64,000 bases of DNA from Candidatus Saccharimonadota bacterium (GCA_028289135.1 JAQGGW010000005.1:70758-134757), one strand, 5' to 3'; positions 50,134 through 60,029 are shown, counted from the first letter of the stretch. Notes: generated by a model not told the origin, from the sequence alone. Made by a program: numbers and translations.

Positions 50134-50628
50134 TTAATGGAAGCGTAATTGATACAACGCCATAGCCGCAGCCTGGACGACGTTAAAAGACTCTTTTTTG
50201 CCAAACATCGGGATCACCAAACTTTTGTCTACCTTATTAAGCAGCTCCGCAGCAACACCAGTAACTTCGCTACCAAGCAGCAGCGCGCATTTTTCAGGCG
50301 CAGTAAACCCTGAGAGGTCGATGGCATCTGTTGTTTGCTCCAAAGCGCAGATTGTAAAGCCATCTTCTCGCAGGCGTGAAAGTACCGTGAAAACATCATC
50401 AGCTTGCTCCCAATTCACTGTATTTTCGGCGCCCAAGGCAGTTTTATGTATACTCTCATCAAGTTTTTTGGCAATATGGGGCAAGCGTGTATCGCCTGGC
50501 TTTAGCGGATATGGCGTATAACCAGTTAAATAAACCTTTTCAACACCGAGTCCATCGGCCGTGCGCAGTAAAGACCCCACATTGTGGGTACTTCGGATAT
50601 CGTGGGCAATAACAACTAAAGACTTCAT
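50134..50628 (-). CDS. TrmH/SpoU family RNA methyltransferase
   Basis: IRS.HNVGS..RTAD, GSEVTGV, IPM.G.KESFNV. Confidence 0.93.
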   Translation of the reverse strand: MKSLVVIAHDIRSTHNVGSLLRTADGLGVEKVYLTGYTPYPLKPGDTRLPHIAKKLDESIHKTALGAENTVNWEQADDVFTVLSRLREDGFTICALEQTTDAIDLSGFTAPEKCALLLGSEVTGVAAELLNKVDKSLVIPMFGKKESFNVVQAAAMALYQLRFH

Positions 50629-50701
50629 TGGGCATTAGTATAGGCTTTTTAATCTGTTGGCACTAGCTTGAGCCCCTGCGCTTATGCTTTAATAAGAGCA
50701 T

Positions 50702-52309
50702 ATGTCACAAAGTGCCCGGCAAGAAGAAGAAACTAACACGCAGCGCCGCGCCCAGGTTTTGGGGCTGCAATATATCGATACTTCATTAGTTGCCGCGCCA
50801 AAGCTTTATCCGGATCTGCTGTCCAACGACGAGCTCTATAAGTTAAAAGTTATCCCTGTTATGTACGACCGCAGCCACATTTTGTTTGGCATTACCAACA
50901 CCACATCTCAGCAAACAATGAAAACTCTTGGCCAGCGTTTTTTGGATCAGCGGGTGAGCTTTGGACTTATTTCTGAAACAGGTTACTCCAACTACATGAA
51001 GTTGTACGACCCGCCAAAACAAGTTGTATACGAAAACATTGCTCTCAACACCGCTGGCAGCCAAAACCTGATTGAAAAAGTGTCGGCCATGCTTAAGGAA
51101 ATTAAGCCAGACGACATGTTGGCGTATTTAGTTGAACAAGCCCATAGTTTGTCGGCTAGTGATATCCATATGGAATCGCAGCATGATAATGTCCGGATCC
51201 GCTTCCGTATTGACGGTGTTTTACACCCAATTGGTACGCTTGAGTTTGAGCGCTATCGCACGCTACTGGCAGTGGTGGCAAGTGCCGGAAACATTTCGGC
51301 TTCTGATCAAAACGCCCAGCAGGGGCATATTTCGGAAGACGTAACAATGGCCGATGGTACAAAAGTCCGGGTTAATGTTCGTCTGGAAACCACGCCAACT
51401 GTGAACGGTACGGATGTTGTGATGCGCTTGTTTAACCTTAATGCAGATAACTACACACTTGACCGCCTTGGTTTGAGCCCCGACGAACGTGCGGTAGTGG
51501 ACGAGATAATTACCAAGCCAACCGGTTTGGTGCTTGTGGTAGGCCCAACTGGGTCCGGCAAGACGACCACACTTTATTCAATCCTAAACACCCTAAACAG
51601 CGAAGAGCGCAAGATTATTACTGTTGAGGACCCGGTTGAATACCAATTTCCAGGCATCGTGCAGATTTCGGTTGACACCCACGCGGCTGGAAATGATGGT
51701 AGCTTTGCCGAGCGTCTGCGCGCCATCTTGCGCCTTGATCCGGATATTGTGATGGTCGGCGAGATCCGTGATAACGATACCGCCAAGACAGCTTTGCAGG
51801 CATCTTTAACGGGGCACTTAGTTCTCTCAACATTCCACGCCTCATCCGCTGCCGCCGCCCTGACACGTCTTGAGGACATCATAGGCCAAAACCCATTGTT
51901 TGTATCGGCAATCCGCCTGGTTATGGCTCAGCGCCTGATCAGAAAACTTGATGACTCGGTCAAACAGTCATATCCTGCAACCGAAGCCGAAGTTGCGACC
52001 ATCAAAGGTGTTTTGGACACCCTGCCTGCTAGTTTTCAAAAACCAGACATTTCCAACCTGCAACTTTTTAAACCCGGTAGCTCCCCAGAAAACCCATATG
52101 GTTTTAGCGGGCAGCTGGCGCTCCGCGAACAGTTTACAATGGACGGTGCCATCCGCACCCTTCTTGAAACCCAGCACACGATTATTTCCGCCCAAGCCAT
52201 TGAAGAAGCAGCTATCAAAAGCGGCATGCTAACCATGCTCCAAAAAGGCATTCTAAAAGTTATTGCCGGCGAAACAACCCTCGACGAAGTCTACCGCGTC
52301 GTCGGCTAA
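50702..52309 (+). CDS. GspE/PilB family secretion/pilus ATPase
   Basis: ASDIH, RFRIDG, GPTGSGKTTT, EDPVE, RLDPD...GEIRD, TGHLVLSTFH. Confidence 0.93.
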   Translation: MSQSARQEEETNTQRRAQVLGLQYIDTSLVAAPKLYPDLLSNDELYKLKVIPVMYDRSHILFGITNTTSQQTMKTLGQRFLDQRVSFGLISETGYSNYMKLYDPPKQVVYENIALNTAGSQNLIEKVSAMLKEIKPDDMLAYLVEQAHSLSASDIHMESQHDNVRIRFRIDGVLHPIGTLEFERYRTLLAVVASAGNISASDQNAQQGHISEDVTMADGTKVRVNVRLETTPTVNGTDVVMRLFNLNADNYTLDRLGLSPDERAVVDEIITKPTGLVLVVGPTGSGKTTTLYSILNTLNSEERKIITVEDPVEYQFPGIVQISVDTHAAGNDGSFAERLRAILRLDPDIVMVGEIRDNDTAKTALQASLTGHLVLSTFHASSAAAALTRLEDIIGQNPLFVSAIRLVMAQRLIRKLDDSVKQSYPATEAEVATIKGVLDTLPASFQKPDISNLQLFKPGSSPENPYGFSGQLALREQFTMDGAIRTLLETQHTIISAQAIEEAAIKSGMLTMLQKGILKVIAGETTLDEVYRVVG

Positions 52310-53037
52310 ATTACATACTCGGGAACGGACGACTCTGTGCTCTGAGAAAGTTTAAGCATTGCTTCACGTCTTTTTTCTATAGATCTCTTTGCTCGTGTAT
52401 TCTTAATGCCAAACGCTAATATAGCAAGACCTATGGCATCTAAAAACCCAAATCCAATAACCGGACCCTGGTCATATTCATTACCAGATGCATGGATGTC
52501 ATTAATGGTACCCTCGTCAATTTTAATCCCGATAGGACCTTCGGCGCTTTGATCATAAAAATCAGATACTGCTGACTGTGTTGCGCCATCCTTTATTACA
52601 TTATTGGCCTTATCGACGTAACTTTCTAACAGAGGTTTTTGGCCATTTTCATCTGGCTGGACATAAGATTCAAGAATTCCTATTTCATGTTTTGTTGTGT
52701 CCACAAGAACTTTCGCGTCATAAATACGATCCGGGTTAAGTGTACAGCTGTTCGCCTCTACTATTTCTTCTGCCGTTTCCGGCTCACCATTTATCAGAAC
52801 CATACACCCGGCACCAAGTACTTGTCCGTAGTCCGCAAGGCGTGCATTTTTGGCGCTAAGCATATCTTCTATTTGCTGGGTAACTGTTGGCAGATCATCG
52901 ATAAAACCTTGTGCTATAACTGCATTTGCAGCGTCATGATGCATTTCCTCATGATAACGCTCTACCATATTGGCTCCGCCCCATAAGCTAACACCTGCCA
53001 TTATTGTTGAACCTGTAATAATTCCTAGTTTTCCCAT
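52306..53037 (-). CDS. Hypothetical membrane protein (AT-rich ORFan-like)
   Basis: Long ORF with N- and C-terminal TMs; start MGKL at 53037 downstream of TGcTATAGT. Confidence 0.7.
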   Translation of the reverse strand: MGKLGIITGSTIMAGVSLWGGANMVERYHEEMHHDAANAVIAQGFIDDLPTVTQQIEDMLSAKNARLADYGQVLGAGCMVLINGEPETAEEIVEANSCTLNPDRIYDAKVLVDTTKHEIGILESYVQPDENGQKPLLESYVDKANNVIKDGATQSAVSDFYDQSAEGPIGIKIDEGTINDIHASGNEYDQGPVIGFGFLDAIGLAILAFGIKNTRAKRSIEKRREAMLKLSQSTESSVPEYVI

Positions 53038-53177
53038 AATATTGCAACTATAGCACAACATTTTTTTATTTAAAGACTAATAAATCTAAAAACAGGTCAA
53101 ACCAAAAGGTCTTTTCAAGTCGTAACAGATATGATATACTTTATGGAAACGAAATATTAGTGTAAGGATTGTTTATT

Positions 53178-53705
53178 ATGCCATCTGTTATCGAAATTAT
53201 TACGAACCGCCAGAAAAAGCACCAGGTTGTTGACGTTAAAAGCGGCGACACCGTCCGTGTGCATCAAAAAATCCGTGAAGGCGCCAAAGAGCGTATCCAA
53301 ATTTTTGAAGGCCTAGTTATCCGTACCGACCGCAAAGGTTCACTCAGCAGCAGCATTACCGTCCGCCGTATCTCTAGCGGTGTTGGTGTCGAAAAAAGCT
53401 ACCTCTTGCATTCCCCGCTTGTTATGAAAATTGAAGTTACTAAGCGCTCAAAAGTCCGCCGTAACTACCTAACTTATATGCGCGCACGCAGCGGTAAATC
53501 TGCCCGCCTCAGTGGCCAGGACTTTGATAAGGGCGCTGTTAACACAATTGAAGAAGATCCAGCGATTGCAGCAGCCGAAGCAGAGCTAAAAGCCACTCAA
53601 GAAGCCGAGCATGCAGCTGAAATGGCCGCCAAAGCCGAAACAGAAGCTGCCGAAGAAGCCAAAGCCCAAGAGGCGCTTGCAGCCCACGACGCCGCTAAAG
53701 CCTAA
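53178..53705 (+). CDS. rplS: 50S ribosomal protein L19 with Ala/Glu-rich C-terminal extension
   Basis: GDTVRVH..I.EG.KERIQIFEG, GVGVEK, KVRR..L.YMR. Confidence 0.97.
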   Translation: MPSVIEIITNRQKKHQVVDVKSGDTVRVHQKIREGAKERIQIFEGLVIRTDRKGSLSSSITVRRISSGVGVEKSYLLHSPLVMKIEVTKRSKVRRNYLTYMRARSGKSARLSGQDFDKGAVNTIEEDPAIAAAEAELKATQEAEHAAEMAAKAETEAAEEAKAQEALAAHDAAKA

Positions 53706-53874
53706 CCACGAATCCCAGACCAGCAACTTACAACCTGGCAAAGCCAGCATTGCTAATTTGCTTCTCGGCTATTTCCAATTTTTGAAGTCCAGTACTCACT
53801 TCACCGTACCTTTTGTACGGCTCGTTCCGTGCTTCCTTCAAAAATCGAAACTAGCTCGAGTCTGGAATCCGTGG
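53706..53874 (-). repeat. Structured palindromic element, family 1 copy C
   Basis: Outer IR ccacgaatcccagac/gtctggaatccgtgg, side hairpin ctggc-aaa-gccag, atttttgaag/cttcaaaaat, core at 53799-53824. Confidence 0.85.
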
Positions 53875-53923
53875 GCGCTCACCACTGCTTTATAGTTTAT
53901 ACTTATCTGCATGAAGGTGAAGC

Positions 53924-54490
53924 GTGATTGGGATTGATGAAGTGGGGAGGGGTTGCTGGGCCGGGCCGCTACTGGTGGTAGCTGCCCGTACAACTGGTAC
54001 GCTTCCGTTGGGGCTAAAAGATTCTAAAAAACTGAGCAAAAAACAGCGCGAAAACTTATTTTTACAGATTCAAACTAGTTGCGATTTAGGTGAAGGCTGG
54101 GTTACGGCGGCTGAGATTGATGCAGATGGACTGACTAAGGCTATGGAGCTGGCGGTTGGACGTGCGCTTCAGGCAATAAACGCTCAGAACGACGAAGAAA
54201 TTATTATGGACGGCATCATTAATTACTGCGATCCAGCATTTATAAACGTAAAATGTGAAGCTAAGGCGGACGATGCGTATCCAGTTGTAAGCGCGGCGAG
54301 TATTTATGCCAAAGTAACCCGCGACCGATATATGACAGAACTAAAAAACGAGTATAGTGTCTACGAATTTGCTAAGCATGTTGGATACGGAACCAAACTC
54401 CACAGCGACCTGCTAGCTATTCATGGGACATGCGACCAGCACCGTTTGTCTTTTGCGCCCATTAAGAAACTTTTGGCTCAAGCAATTTAA
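53924..54490 (+). CDS. rnhB: Ribonuclease HII
   Basis: GIDEVGRG..AGP, DSKKL, DG, AASIYAKVTRD, GYGT..H, HRLSF. Confidence 0.96.
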   Translation: MIGIDEVGRGCWAGPLLVVAARTTGTLPLGLKDSKKLSKKQRENLFLQIQTSCDLGEGWVTAAEIDADGLTKAMELAVGRALQAINAQNDEEIIMDGIINYCDPAFINVKCEAKADDAYPVVSAASIYAKVTRDRYMTELKNEYSVYEFAKHVGYGTKLHSDLLAIHGTCDQHRLSFAPIKKLLAQAI

Positions 54491-54508
54491 GTCTGCTACG
54501 CTCAATCC

Positions 54509-54847
54509 ATGCAAACGACCAAGATTGGGAATAAAGGCGAACAAACAGCTACCGAAGCATTAATACGCCAGGGTTATAAAATTGTAGATCGGAACTGGAA
54601 GACAAAGTGGGCCGAAGTGGACATTGTCGCCAAAAAAGACGGCATTATGTATTTTGTGGAAGTTAAATTCCGCGGCTCCTCACGCCAGGGCGATGGGCTG
54701 GATTATATTACCGACCAAAAACTGCACCACATGATGCGCGCGGCAGAACTTTGGGTAAACATGTATGAATGGGCGGGCGAATACCAGCTTCTGGCCGCGG
54801 CAGTAGACGGCAGCCTCGGCGAAACAGACATCCGTGAAATCGCTTAA
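54509..54847 (+). CDS. YraN (UPF0102) family nuclease-like protein
   Basis: G.KGE, GY.I..RNW, EVDIVA, FVEVK. Confidence 0.92.
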   Translation: MQTTKIGNKGEQTATEALIRQGYKIVDRNWKTKWAEVDIVAKKDGIMYFVEVKFRGSSRQGDGLDYITDQKLHHMMRAAELWVNMYEWAGEYQLLAAAVDGSLGETDIREIA

Positions 54848-54886
54848 CCTTGTATATTATGCAATAAAATCATAAAATAACCATAT

Positions 54887-55510
54887 ATGACTTCTTCGAC
54901 AGCACATACGCCATTGCCTCGTGAAGCAATGCGATTACCAGTTGCTGTTAATATGGATAGCTTTTATGACGCCCGGGTTCAGGCTTTGGCAGGTGTAGTT
55001 GCGTGTTCACCCGAAAGCAGTGCTATGTCAGAAGATTATTCAAGTAGCTTATTTAAAACATTCGATAATATAATGAAAAACATTTCCGTGAGCAGCACAC
55101 CTCAATATGCTGACTATCTGGCAGGTTATGATGGAAGCCATATTAATGTTCATGCAGCCGACGGTGTGTTAAGTGCACGATTTAAGGCGAGACAAAGTAC
55201 TGTTGCGACTATATTTCTATTTGAAAAGTCGGAAGGCAAAGTATTAACCGATGTATATCGTGACGATATTGCAATGCGTAAAAATAAACCAGAGCTTATA
55301 GTTCCCGCTCCGATTTATCCGGTTATGGCACTTGCAACGGTTGAAAGAATTATGGCGACAACTGAAAATAATTTTCGCGATCCAACATTAGCTAAACTTA
55401 TTAGATTGGCAGCAGATCCCGACCACGAGGAATTTGTAAGACTTTTAAGGTGTATCAATAATCGTAGCCTTTTAGATTGGTTACTGGACGAAAGAATTCC
55501 ACATATCTAA
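54887..55510 (+). CDS. Hypothetical protein (AT-rich)
   Basis: 207-aa ORF with upstream TAAAAT; no family recognised. Confidence 0.65.
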   Translation: MTSSTAHTPLPREAMRLPVAVNMDSFYDARVQALAGVVACSPESSAMSEDYSSSLFKTFDNIMKNISVSSTPQYADYLAGYDGSHINVHAADGVLSARFKARQSTVATIFLFEKSEGKVLTDVYRDDIAMRKNKPELIVPAPIYPVMALATVERIMATTENNFRDPTLAKLIRLAADPDHEEFVRLLRCINNRSLLDWLLDERIPHI

Positions 55511-58062
55511 CTTTGCAAAAATGCCTGAATTGCCGCAAGATCCCGCTGCTTCCATGCAATCTGCCATTTGAGCATTTCTTCGCCTTGCTTTATGGCGCGC
55601 ACGAGGCCAGGGGTTTGCTTGTCTTTAAAGAACTCGTTATATTCTTTCAAAAATTCGGGGTTGCTAAACGCTCGGCCGGCGTAGATCGGCGTGCGCGAAA
55701 AGCTCAGGTCGCTTCCCAGTTCTTTTTCGAGCCAGCCCCAGTTTTTGACCATCCACTTCCAGGCCGCGTCTTTCGAGAAGCGGTTTCCAAAGCTATAGGC
55801 CAGCCAATACATAGCGTCTTGGCGGCGGACAATGTCGGTATTAATCAGGCTGAGAGCTTTTTCGTAGAGCGCCGGCTGCTTAAAGTTGGTGAGCGCAGCG
55901 GCTAAGGTCACGCGTTCTTCGCTGTTGGTTGTCTTGTTGTGGAGGAGCAAAAGCTTATCAAATGTCTTGCTGTCGCCGTTGCGGGCGGCGGTGGTGTAGA
56001 TGATCCCGCGCAGGTCGGCCGGGATGTCTTCTGGGGCTTTCATGAGGTCAAAACGGCTCAGGGCTTCTTTGGTGGTCAACGGTTCGTCGGCACCGGCGTT
56101 AAGGCCGATGATTGTCGGGCGGAGGAGTTTGTCGAAGTGGCTGTCGGTAGCTTTTTCTTCCCAGCCAAGGCGGTTAAGCTCGCGGGCGGTGAGCTTCACA
56201 ATAAAAGGCTTAATGGCATCACGGACAGCGTCGTCGTCCATGACACGGCGTATTTCACCGATGTTCATGGCAATGATGTCCCAAACGGCGGAGTTACTTT
56301 CGGCTTCGTAGGCGGCAAGGAGTTGAAGGGCAGAGTTTAGCGGTGTGTATCCAGATTTGGCGGCCTCAAAACTGTCGCTTAAAAGCCCCAAACGGTCCAG
56401 AGGTGAAAAGTTGACAATTATAGATGCAAACTCGGCAATGCTGCTTGGGTCGTAGACGGTACGGTAAAAACCGCTTTGGCCTTGGTTGATCTTGGCGGGC
56501 GCAGCCGTGGTATACACAGCTTGGGCACTTGTGAAGCTTTCAGGGGCATCTGCGGGGCCCAGGACAGGGACAGGCCAGTGCAATGGGCTCTTTTGGGCTG
56601 GCTTATCGAGGTAGAACCTTTCTTGGGTCAAATTTGTCTTTTTGCCATCCGTAGCAACAGAGACGATCGGAAAGCCTGGCTGGGACGTCCAGGCATGCAT
56701 AAACTGTTTTACCGGCTTTTTAGAGATGTCTTCCAGCGCCTGCCAGAGGTCGAGCGTGTCGGTGTTTTTGTAGGCGTGCTGCTTGAGGTAGTGCCGGAGG
56801 CCGTCGCGGAAATGTTCCGCGCCCAGGTAGCCGTGGAGCATATGGATAACGCTGGCGCCCTTGTTATAGCTAATAGCGTCAAAAATGCTGCGGATTTCGT
56901 CCGGGTGGTTGATAGGGACTTCGATGGGGTGGGTGTTATCGAGCGCGTCTAGCTTCATGGCACTTTGTTGCTCATCCACAATAAACTGCGTCCACATGTC
57001 CCATTCCGGGAAGAGTTTGTCGACAGCTAAATATTCAATCCAAGACGCAAAGCCTTCGTTAAGCCAAAGGTCGGTCCACCAGCGCATGGTGACGAGGTTG
57101 CCGAACCACTGGTGGGCAAGCTCGTGCGCCACCACCATAGCGACGTATTGCTTGGTTGGCAGGCTGGTGTTTTTTGGGTCAACCAACATGCATTGTTCGC
57201 GGTAGGTAATTAGGCCCCAGTTTTCCATGGCGCCGCTTGCAAAGTCGGGCAGGGCGATCATGTCGGATTTGGGCAATGGGAATGGAATGCCGAAGTAGTC
57301 TTCATAAAAGTCGAGGCACTTTACGGCAACATCAAGCGCAAAGTCGGTTTGGTCAACTTTATCCAAGGTTGCAAAAGCACGAACCAAAGTCCCGCTTTTT
57401 GTTTTTGCTTCTTTATAACCAATTTCGCCATGTACGAAGGCCAGCAAGTAGGTACTCATAATGGGTGTAATTTCAAAGAAGGTAGTTGTTAGGTCGCCCT
57501 CAACCATTGTGGAACGGACTGGAGTGTTGGCGATAACGGTTTCTGTTTTTGACGAGGGCGTAATTAAAGCAAGGTCAAATGTTGCTTTGGCTTCCGGCTC
57601 GTCGATGCAAGGGAAGACTTCACGGGCATGGTGGCTTTCGAACTGGGTCGCGATAAGATATTTCTTTTTGCCGTCCAGCGTAAAGTAGCATGGATATAGG
57701 CCGTTCATAGGGTCAGTGATGGTGCCGTTAAACTCTAGGACAACATGGTATTCACCGGGGTAAAGGTTCTCGGCGGTGTGTAAGCGGACTTCGTCATATG
57801 ATTTTTGTATATTAATGCGGTCTATTTTTATTTTGGTCCCATCTGTTTTGCTGCCTTTTGTATGCACTTTGTGGAGAATCGCGCTGGTAACATTAAGATC
57901 TTTTGCATGAAAGGTTAAGCGCTGGCTTGGGCGGCCCGTTTTTTGTCCGCGGATTGTAACAGTTCCGCCAAATTTCTTGCCCTTTGGATCAAGATTTAAC
58001 TCCAGTATGTAGTCACTTGGTTTGAAAGTTTCGAATAATCTCACTAATTTTTTTGTGCTCAT
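55507..58062 (-). CDS. pepN: M1-family aminopeptidase (PepN/ERAP1-like)
   Basis: TQFE..AR.FPC.DEP, GAMENWG, HELAHQW, WLNEGFA, YNKG; GGAGG before ATG 58062. Confidence 0.93.
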   Translation of the reverse strand: MSTKKLVRLFETFKPSDYILELNLDPKGKKFGGTVTIRGQKTGRPSQRLTFHAKDLNVTSAILHKVHTKGSKTDGTKIKIDRINIQKSYDEVRLHTAENLYPGEYHVVLEFNGTITDPMNGLYPCYFTLDGKKKYLIATQFESHHAREVFPCIDEPEAKATFDLALITPSSKTETVIANTPVRSTMVEGDLTTTFFEITPIMSTYLLAFVHGEIGYKEAKTKSGTLVRAFATLDKVDQTDFALDVAVKCLDFYEDYFGIPFPLPKSDMIALPDFASGAMENWGLITYREQCMLVDPKNTSLPTKQYVAMVVAHELAHQWFGNLVTMRWWTDLWLNEGFASWIEYLAVDKLFPEWDMWTQFIVDEQQSAMKLDALDNTHPIEVPINHPDEIRSIFDAISYNKGASVIHMLHGYLGAEHFRDGLRHYLKQHAYKNTDTLDLWQALEDISKKPVKQFMHAWTSQPGFPIVSVATDGKKTNLTQERFYLDKPAQKSPLHWPVPVLGPADAPESFTSAQAVYTTAAPAKINQGQSGFYRTVYDPSSIAEFASIIVNFSPLDRLGLLSDSFEAAKSGYTPLNSALQLLAAYEAESNSAVWDIIAMNIGEIRRVMDDDAVRDAIKPFIVKLTARELNRLGWEEKATDSHFDKLLRPTIIGLNAGADEPLTTKEALSRFDLMKAPEDIPADLRGIIYTTAARNGDSKTFDKLLLLHNKTTNSEERVTLAAALTNFKQPALYEKALSLINTDIVRRQDAMYWLAYSFGNRFSKDAAWKWMVKNWGWLEKELGSDLSFSRTPIYAGRAFSNPEFLKEYNEFFKDKQTPGLVRAIKQGEEMLKWQIAWKQRDLAAIQAFLQS

Positions 58063-58140
58063 GATCTGCCTCCGCATAAGTTGTTCTATGGCCGGCTTTT
58101 ATTGTAGCAACAGATGCGGGATGTGTGCTAACATTTATAT

Positions 58141-58416
58141 ATGGATAACGACCAGCTTGTTGGTGAACTAACACGGGTACTGGATACGCGCTTGGATGAT
58201 ATTAAGCAGATTTTTAAGGCTGAGCTGTCACAAACCGAGCAGAATATACGCGCAGAAATTCAAGAGGTGAAAGACGAGCTACTTACCGAGATAAAAGACT
58301 TACGTACTGAAATGCACGAAGGTTTTGAAGGAATTGCCGATATAATTAGCACCCATAATGACCAGCTAGACGATCACGAGACACGCTTGACTAAACTTAT
58401 GCCAAAAGCCGCATAA
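58141..58416 (+). CDS. Small coiled-coil hypothetical protein
   Basis: Heptad-rich 91 aa ending DHETRLTKL. Confidence 0.7.
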   Translation: MDNDQLVGELTRVLDTRLDDIKQIFKAELSQTEQNIRAEIQEVKDELLTEIKDLRTEMHEGFEGIADIISTHNDQLDDHETRLTKLMPKAA

Positions 58417-58456
58417 TTTACTTTTTGGAGCAGTTGTAGTAATATACAAGTATTCG

Positions 58457-58481
58457 TCCGGCCACAGTGGTCGGATTTTTT
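58457..58481 (+). terminator. Intrinsic-terminator-like hairpin plus U tract just upstream of nusA
   Basis: tccggcca-cag-tggtcgga followed by tttttt. Confidence 0.6.
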
Positions 58482-58503
58482 AATGAAAATAAGGAGAAAC
58501 ATC

Positions 58504-59658
58504 ATGGAATTAGACATGAAACAGCTCGGTTTGGCCATCAAGACCATTGCCGAAGAGAAAAACTTAGACGAAGCAGTTGTGCAAGAAGTCGTAGAACAGG
58601 CTTTGGCTGCAGCTTACCGCCGAGATTATGGCGACCGCGAACAAGAAGTCCGCGTAACTATGAACCTGAACACCGGTGACGTTGATGCGTATGTCACCAA
58701 GAACATCGTCGACGAAGTCACCGACGAATTTATCGAAATTAGCCTTAAAGACGCTGGTGTTATGCGTAAAAACGCGGCAGTTGGCGAAACAATTGAAATC
58801 CACCAAAAAGTTGAAAGCTTTGGCCGTGTTGCTGCTCAGACTGCTAAGCAGGTTATATTGCAGCGCCTCCGCGAAGCAGAGCGGGAAATTGTTATGGCCG
58901 AATATGAAGATAAAATTGGTACTGTCATTAATGGTCTAGTAGGACGCGTAGAAGGCAATATTGTCCGGATGGAGCTTGGCAAGGCGCAGGCGATTATGCC
59001 AAAAAGCGAGCAGATTCAGAGCGAGCGTTATTACCCGGGCCAGCGTTTGAAGGTATATCTTAAAGACGTTGAGCGCGGTTTCCGCGGACCGCAGTTGGTT
59101 GTATCACGCGGCTGCCCAGAATTTGTTGAATGGCTCTTTCGAGCCGAAGTTCCAGAAATGGAAAGCGGCGCCGTGAGCATTAAGGCGATTGCCCGCGAAG
59201 CTGGTGTGCGCAGCAAGATTGCTGTTGCAAGCTCAGTTAGCGGTGTTGATCCAGTCGGCACCTTTGTTGGCGGCCATGGAACACGTGTGAACGCAGTTAT
59301 GAGTGAAGTCGGCGAACAGGAAAAGATTGATATTGTGGTTTGGAATGATGACCTTAAAACCTTCATTTCTCAGGCACTTAGCCCAACAAAAGTTAACCGC
59401 GTTGAAATCCATGAAGATGTTAAAAAAGCCGGCGTTTTCGTCGACGAAGACCAGCTGAGCATTGCCATCGGCAAAAGCGGCCAGAACGTGCGCTTAGCCA
59501 GCAAGCTAACAGGTTACGACATTGATATTATTGCCGACAAGCCAGTCGCTCCAGAAGCCGAGACGGTTGTTGAGTCAGCCAAGCCAGTTCAGAAGCTGAA
59601 GAAGAAGGAACAGCTCGAAAGTTCACTGCTTGACGCTATTGAAGAGCATGGAGAATAA
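58504..59658 (+). CDS. nusA: Transcription termination factor NusA
   Basis: FGRVAAQTAKQ, S1 and KH domains, AIGKSGQNVRLASKLTG; SD AAGGAG. Confidence 0.97.
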   Translation: MELDMKQLGLAIKTIAEEKNLDEAVVQEVVEQALAAAYRRDYGDREQEVRVTMNLNTGDVDAYVTKNIVDEVTDEFIEISLKDAGVMRKNAAVGETIEIHQKVESFGRVAAQTAKQVILQRLREAEREIVMAEYEDKIGTVINGLVGRVEGNIVRMELGKAQAIMPKSEQIQSERYYPGQRLKVYLKDVERGFRGPQLVVSRGCPEFVEWLFRAEVPEMESGAVSIKAIAREAGVRSKIAVASSVSGVDPVGTFVGGHGTRVNAVMSEVGEQEKIDIVVWNDDLKTFISQALSPTKVNRVEIHEDVKKAGVFVDEDQLSIAIGKSGQNVRLASKLTGYDIDIIADKPVAPEAETVVESAKPVQKLKKKEQLESSLLDAIEEHGE

Positions 59659-59666
59659 ATACCTAA

Positions 59667-60029
59667 ATGAGCTATAGGCCTGAAGATTTTCCGGGCACTT
59701 ATCCGGATGAATGGTATGAGACTTATGTGGGAAAAATTGTAGGACACGTATCTTTACTAAGAGATATGCTTGGAAGAGATAGTACGAACCCGTACATTAT
59801 GCCTTCTCATTTTATTCCAAGAATCTTCTTTTCGATTGTTTCATGGGAAGGAGGCCAGTGCTACGAAACTATATCTGGAGGATCTGGGATAGTAATGGAT
59901 TTGTTAGAGGATAGAGACGTTCCGGCTGTTACTCTAGCAGACTTTAAGTTATTTGATGAGATATTAGATGATCCTGAAGATAGTATTGTTGTTGATAGAT
60001 CTGATTTAAAAAGAAATTGCACTAGATAA
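59667..60029 (+). CDS. Hypothetical protein (AT-rich)
   Basis: 120-aa ORF directly after nusA. Confidence 0.55.
   Translation: MSYRPEDFPGTYPDEWYETYVGKIVGHVSLLRDMLGRDSTNPYIMPSHFIPRIFFSIVSWEGGQCYETISGGSGIVMDLLEDRDVPAVTLADFKLFDEILDDPEDSIVVDRSDLKRNCTR

Noticed and set aside
53799-53824. Minus-strand GAGCCGTAC...GTACGGT looks like group II intron domain V
   Set aside because: Too short: lacks the upper helix, GNRA loop and AC bulge; no domain VI or RT ORF; copies B and D lack the AGC triad
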